From Verrucomicrobiota bacterium (GTDB lineage Bacteria; Verrucomicrobiota; Lentisphaeria; Lentisphaerales; Lentisphaeraceae), in the NCBI GenBank assembly GCA_039798785.1, contig JBDKFG010000004.1, positions 48,562-112,561 of the forward strand: a DNA stretch of 64,000 nucleotides, read 5' to 3'. This document shows, one piece after another, positions 59,565-64,000 of this stretch. Under the pieces are notes generated by a model, which was given only the letters and a program-made list of their open reading frames with translations, ran no database searches and had not been told where the DNA came from. The translations under genes and the position numbers were made by a program. Within the stretch, counting starts at the first letter, position 1; every line of letters begins with the position of its first letter.

Positions 59565-59861
59565 TCAGCTCAGACGGCGCTTGAGATCCCCCGGATTGCG
59601 GGATTGATGAAGGACCGCTTGCACGAGGATGCGGCAGGCATCTTCTTGGTAAAAGAGTGCGTAAGGAAAAATCTCCAGATTCGCCCGGCGAGTCTGCATC
59701 ATGACCTTGCGACAAGATCTGGGATGAAGCTGAATGAGCTGCAATCGATGCAGCAGCCGATCCCCGAACTGCGTCGCCAAGGCGGGATTGATGTCGTGAT
59801 AGTGAGCCTGAGCCGCTTCGATGTCTCTCATGCTGGAATCAAGAAACTCAATCGGCTTCAT
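59565..59861 (-). CDS. ParE/RelE-family toxin
   Basis: DIEAAQAHY, FPYALFY and AVLHQSRNP motifs. Start at 59861 overlaps the antitoxin stop. Confidence 0.85.
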   Translation of the reverse strand: MKPIEFLDSSMRDIEAAQAHYHDINPALATQFGDRLLHRLQLIQLHPRSCRKVMMQTRRANLEIFPYALFYQEDACRILVQAVLHQSRNPGDLKRRLS

Positions 59862-60205
59862 CGGCCCAAAACCTTCAACAAGGCCTCGAAGGAATGGGTT
59901 TTCTCTTCGCCGCGACGGAGTCTTTCCATCCGCGCCTGGACTTCGATCAGACAGGCTCTCTCCCACTCATCCTCGGGAAGCAGGGTCTCCTCCAAAGCTG
60001 CTACCAGCGCCTGGCGTTCCGCTAGCGGCAGCCGCATAACTTGGGCAAAAAGCTCGCGGCCCATTTCACTCTTGATGGCCAGCTTCTCGGCCCCGTCTTC
60101 TGCGATCTCCGCAGTTTCCCAATGCGGCGACAGCCAGTCCGCCAGCTCGCTCCTGAGCTCGCGCGGCAGCGCCATCACCTGCTCGTGTAATTCCTTCGGA
60201 ATCAT
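59858..60205 (-). CDS. Addiction-module antitoxin with a duplicated domain
   Basis: VMALPRELRSEL and VMRLPLAERQAL repeats, and W...EV..R. Confidence 0.75.
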   Translation of the reverse strand: MIPKELHEQVMALPRELRSELADWLSPHWETAEIAEDGAEKLAIKSEMGRELFAQVMRLPLAERQALVAALEETLLPEDEWERACLIEVQARMERLRRGEEKTHSFEALLKVLGR

Positions 60206-60268
60206 GATTTCACCTCGCTCGCAAATTAGCGCCGAACTTCGCAAAAAGCTACTTCAGGAGGCCGCCCC

Positions 60269-61670
60269 ATGAACCCCTTCCAACTCCAGCAACAGCTCTT
60301 CTCCCGCCGCGCCTTCCTCGGCTCCTCCGCCATGGGGCTGGGAACCCTCGCCCTCGGCTCCCTCCTCGGCCAGCAGCTTGGCGCCGCGGAGAGCCACGGC
60401 GGCCAGCTCGGCGCCCTGCCCGCGCCGCATTTCCCCGCCAAGGCCAAACGGGTCATCTACCTGCACATGCTCGGCGCCCCCTCGCAGCACGACCTCTTGG
60501 ACCACAAGCCGCTCTTGCAGACTCTCGACGGCAAGAAGGCGCCGCGCTCCATCCTCCCCGAACGCTCCGCCTTCCTCAACTCCAACCCCAACCCGCCCCT
60601 CATCCTCGGCTCGCCCTTTCAAGACCGTGGTCGACAAGACCTGCGTCATCCGCTCCATGCAGACCGACCAGTTCAACCACGCCCCCGCCGAACTGCTGCT
60701 GCACACCGGCTTCCCGGTGCAGGGCCGCCCCTCCACCGGCGCTTGGGTGACCTACGGACTCGGCTCGGAGAACTCCGACCTCCCCGCCTACATGGTGCTG
60801 CTCTCCGGCTCCAACCTCCCCGCCGGCGGCACCTCGGACTTCGGCGCCGGCTTCCTCCCCAGCGTCTACCAGGGGGTCCGCGCCCGCTCCAAGGGCGACC
60901 CGGTGCTCTTCCTCTCCGACCCGGCCGGGATGAAGCGCGACGATCGCCGCCGCCACCTCGACGCCCTCGGCTCTCTCAACCAGGAGACCCTCAGGGACTT
61001 CGGCGATCCCGAGACCGCCACCCGCATCGCCCAGTACGAAATGGCCTTCCGCATGCAGGCATCGGTGCCCGAGGTGATGGACATCTCCAAGGAGCCTCAG
61101 GCCGTTCTCGACGCCTACGGCGCCAAGCCTGGCCAGGCCTCCTTCGCCAACAACTGCCTCCTCGCCCGCAAGCTCTGCGAATCCGGCGTCCGCTTCGTCC
61201 AGCTCTTCGACTGGGGCTGGGACTCGCACGGCACCAACGCCGGCGACGACCTGCTCCACTCGCTGCCCGAGAAATGCCGCCAGACCGACCAGCCGGTCGC
61301 GGCGCTGCTCAAGGATCTCGAACAGCGAGGCCTCCTCGAAGACACCCTGGTCGTCTGGACCGGTGAATTCGGCCGCACCGCGGTGATGGAAGCCCGCAAC
61401 GGCAACGTCAGCTTCAAGGGCCGCGACCACCACCCCGGCTGCTTCACCTCGTGGATCGCAGGCGGCGGCGTCAAGGCCGGCACGGTCTACGGCCAGACCG
61501 ACGAATGGGGCCAGAAGGTGGTCGAGAATCCGGTCCACGTCTACGACTTCCAGGCCACCCTGCTCCATCTCCTGGGCATGGATCACACCCGCCTCACCTA
61601 CCGCTTCCAGGGCCTCGATTTCCGTCTCACCAACTTCCGCGGCAACGCAATTAAGGGACTTCTCGCTTGA
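60269..61670 (+). pseudogene. DUF1501 protein (Tat signal), frameshifted near 60620
   Basis: SRRAFL...KAKRVIYL...GSPF in one frame continues as KTVVDK...NHAPA...GEFGRT...GRDHHP in another frame. Confidence 0.8.
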
Positions 61671-61674
61671 GCTC

Positions 61675-61828
61675 AAATTCAAAATTCCAGATTCCAGATT
61701 CAAGATGAGCAGCAGAGCAGCCATTCAAAATTCAAAATGGCTATTCATTCCTCCTCCCTTCTTGAATTTTGAATCTTGAATGTCGTTCCTCGTTCCCTCT
61801 TGAATTTTGAATTTTGAATTTTGAATCT
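61675..61828. repeat. Heptamer (TTCAARA/TYTTGAA) short tandem repeats in inverted arrangement
   Basis: ATTCAAA/ATTCCAG/ATTCAAG runs face TTTTGAA/TCTTGAA runs. Confidence 0.8.
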
Positions 61829-61843
61829 CCGAAGGAGCCCCCC

Positions 61844-63604
61844 ATGCAAGACAAATCCGATCTCCTCCTCTTCGTCGGCCGCTTCCACCCGCTGATCGTC
61901 CATCTCCCCATCGGCCTGCTTGCGGTGCATCCGGTGCTCGAGCTGGCGGCGTGGAAGCTGAAGAAACCCGGCCTCGACACCGCCTGCAAGATCAACCTCG
62001 GCCTGTGCGCCGCCAGCGCCGTCGGCGCGGTGATCGTCGGCCTCTGCCTCGCCTCCAACGGCAGCTACGGCGGCGACAGCTTCGCGCTGCACAAGAAGCT
62101 CGGTTTCGGCCTCGCCGCCGTGCTGGTTCTCGCTGCCTGGCTGCGCTCGCTGGATCGCGACGAGCGCAAGCCCATCGCCGCGTGGAGTCTGACTGCCCTC
62201 GCCCTCGGCCTCCTCAGCCCGGTGGGCCACATGGGCGGCAACCTCACCCACGGCCCCACCTGGCTCACCGACTACGCCCCCGCCTGGCTCCCCATCCCGG
62301 GCAAGGCGGAACCGGTCGCCAATGCCGCTGCCAATCCCTGGCTGGCCACGGTCAAGCCGATCCTCGAGAAGAACTGCACCGAGTGCCACTCCGGCAAGGA
62401 GGCCAAAGGCGATTGCAACCTCGAGGATCCCAAGCTCCTCCTCGCCGGCGGCAAGTCCGGCAAGCCCGGCATCGTCCCCGGCCAGCCCGAACAGTCGGAA
62501 GTCCTCCGCCGCATCCTCCTCCCCGCAGGCCACCCCGACGCCATGCCCACCGAAGGGAAGAAGCCGCTCGCCGCCGACGAGGTGCTCGCCATCTCGCACT
62601 GGATCGCCAGCGGCGCTCCCTTCGAGGCCGCCAAGGCAGGGGTTGAGGCCGCTCCCCCCACCCCCGCCTCGCTCCAGGCTCTCACCGCCGCCGGCGCCTA
62701 CCTGCGACCCCTCGCCGAAGGCTCGCCGCTCCTCTGCGCCGACTTCACCCGTCCCGGCTGTAAACTCCCCGAGGCGCTCGCCGCGCTGCCCGCCGCCGCC
62801 TCCCGCATCGCCGAACTCAAACTCGCCCGCTCCGCCGTCAGCGACGCCGATCTCGAAACGCTGCCGGTGCTGCCCGAGCTGATCAGCCTCGACCTCGCCG
62901 CCACTGCGATCGGCGCCAAGGGGCTCGCCAGCCTCTCCCGCCACCCGAAACTGGCCACGATCAACCTCGCCGCCACCGCCACCGACGATTCCGCCGCCCT
63001 CGGCCTCGCCGGACTCAAGAGCCTGCGCCGCGTCAACCTCGCCAATGCCAAGGTCTCCAAGGAAGGCGCCAAGGAACTCCGCCTCGCCCGCTCCGGCGAA
63101 GAAGCGATCGCCGTCATCTGCCCCGCCCCGGCCGTCAAGCTCAGTGACAAATCGACCTGGATCTTCGTCATGGTGTCGTCGCAAGAAACCAACTTCACCC
63201 TCGGCGCCTACCCCGCCCGCCAGGCCATCGACGGCAAGCCCGAGACCCTGTGGACCACCCGCTACCTCGGCCATAACGACCCGCCTCCCCACGAGCTTGT
63301 CATCGACCTCGGTGAAGCCACCAGCTTCCAGGGCCTCAAGCTCCTCGCCCGCCAGGACGGCAACCCCAACGGTATCTCCGCCAAGATCGAAATCTCGGTC
63401 TCCGACGACCCCAAGGCCTTCAAGGAAACCCTCCTCGTCGCCGAACCCTGGAAGGGCGCCAAGACCGCTCAGGACTGGATGCCGCAACGCCAGGTGCGCT
63501 TCTCCCAAACCGCCCAAGGCCGCTACCTGAAACTGGTGTTCTCCACCGACATCCGCGGCAACCCCTGGGCCACCCTGGCGGAACTGGATCTGATCCAAGA
63601 GTGA
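61844..63604 (+). CDS. Membrane protein with planctomycete cytochrome c, LRR and F5/8C-like domains
   Basis: AAGGAG RBS; GRFHPLIVHLPIG, GHMGGNLTHG, CTECH, LRR-like repeats and AIDGKPET.W. Confidence 0.9.
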   Translation: MQDKSDLLLFVGRFHPLIVHLPIGLLAVHPVLELAAWKLKKPGLDTACKINLGLCAASAVGAVIVGLCLASNGSYGGDSFALHKKLGFGLAAVLVLAAWLRSLDRDERKPIAAWSLTALALGLLSPVGHMGGNLTHGPTWLTDYAPAWLPIPGKAEPVANAAANPWLATVKPILEKNCTECHSGKEAKGDCNLEDPKLLLAGGKSGKPGIVPGQPEQSEVLRRILLPAGHPDAMPTEGKKPLAADEVLAISHWIASGAPFEAAKAGVEAAPPTPASLQALTAAGAYLRPLAEGSPLLCADFTRPGCKLPEALAALPAAASRIAELKLARSAVSDADLETLPVLPELISLDLAATAIGAKGLASLSRHPKLATINLAATATDDSAALGLAGLKSLRRVNLANAKVSKEGAKELRLARSGEEAIAVICPAPAVKLSDKSTWIFVMVSSQETNFTLGAYPARQAIDGKPETLWTTRYLGHNDPPPHELVIDLGEATSFQGLKLLARQDGNPNGISAKIEISVSDDPKAFKETLLVAEPWKGAKTAQDWMPQRQVRFSQTAQGRYLKLVFSTDIRGNPWATLAELDLIQE

Positions 63605-63860
63605 GGTTGGGCCGCCCGCACCTGCTCCCTGCTCGGGGCCGAGTACCCGCTGAATCTTTGCCTCAACGCCGAAGGCCGCCCAATCTTCAAAAGGCCTTAT
63701 GCCGGCTCGAGAGTCACGAGTTGCTCCTTGACTTAGCTCGGCGCACAGCTGGCCAGCAGATAGTAAGATTAGATATCTTTTCCGGATTAATGGTTCATTT
63801 TTAACTTGAATTTTTGATCTAAATTCAGTTTGATCAGAGATAGAAACAGGAAAAAATCCC

Positions 63861-64000
63861 ATGCACGAAGTCAAGATCCGCCTCACCCGCGTCGACATCC
63901 CGACCTACGAGCCCTGCGCCCCCGAGAAGCACCCGATGTTCCTCGAGAAACGGGTCTACCAGGGCAGTTCGGGCAAGGTCTATCCGCTGCCCTTCACCGG
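63861..64000 (+). CDS. 5' fragment of a DUF5107-type protein (runs off the window)
   Basis: IPTYEP...PMFLEKRVYQGSSGKVYPLP. Confidence 0.7.
   Translation, partial: MHEVKIRLTRVDIPTYEPCAPEKHPMFLEKRVYQGSSGKVYPLPFT

Noticed and set aside
57295..63898. Antisense ORFs 57295-58749, 60600-61724 and 61745-63898
   Set aside because: They are shadows of the PSD1, DUF1501 and cytochrome c genes.
1..64000. tRNA, rRNA, integrase, transposase or reverse transcriptase genes
   Set aside because: None was recognised by eye. The GGTTCGAGT at ~46502 is part of a simple hairpin, not a tRNA T-arm in a cloverleaf.

Overview
This is a high-GC bacterial window, probably from a PVC-superphylum host (it carries PSD1/PSCyt, DUF1501 and planctomycete cytochrome c genes). 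It has four blocks. (1) 1-5.0 kb is an AT-richer mobilisable-element segment: a non-coding array with ~118-bp period (14 clear copies, possibly cut by the window edge), a 79-bp tandem repeat with a hairpin (candidate oriT), a small RHH-like gene and a MOB-P-type HUH relaxase. (2) 5.3-35.4 kb is a defence island. It holds a class 1 DISARM system split into two convergent halves (drmABC on +, drmD and drmMI on -), an AbiE-like pair, two ankyrin proteins, two AlbA_2/Schlafen ATPase-like proteins, YhcG, and an AT-rich Lamassu/ABC-three-component-like operon with a Ser/Thr kinase. That operon starts with an unannotated 56-aa membrane peptide whose C-terminal N/G/I-rich motif matches the N-terminus of the effector-less LmuA-like gene, which suggests amyloid-type signalling. 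(3) ~35.76-46.48 kb is an apparently complete filamentous (inovirus-like) prophage with no integrase, bounded by a 12-bp direct repeat in a dif-like context. (4) 46.7-64 kb holds host genes: a RhaT/MaoC/CoA-transferase catabolic cluster, a kinase-like protein, and a PSD1-DUF1501 locus interrupted by a ParE-type TA module. All family calls come from recognising motifs by eye; no searches were run.
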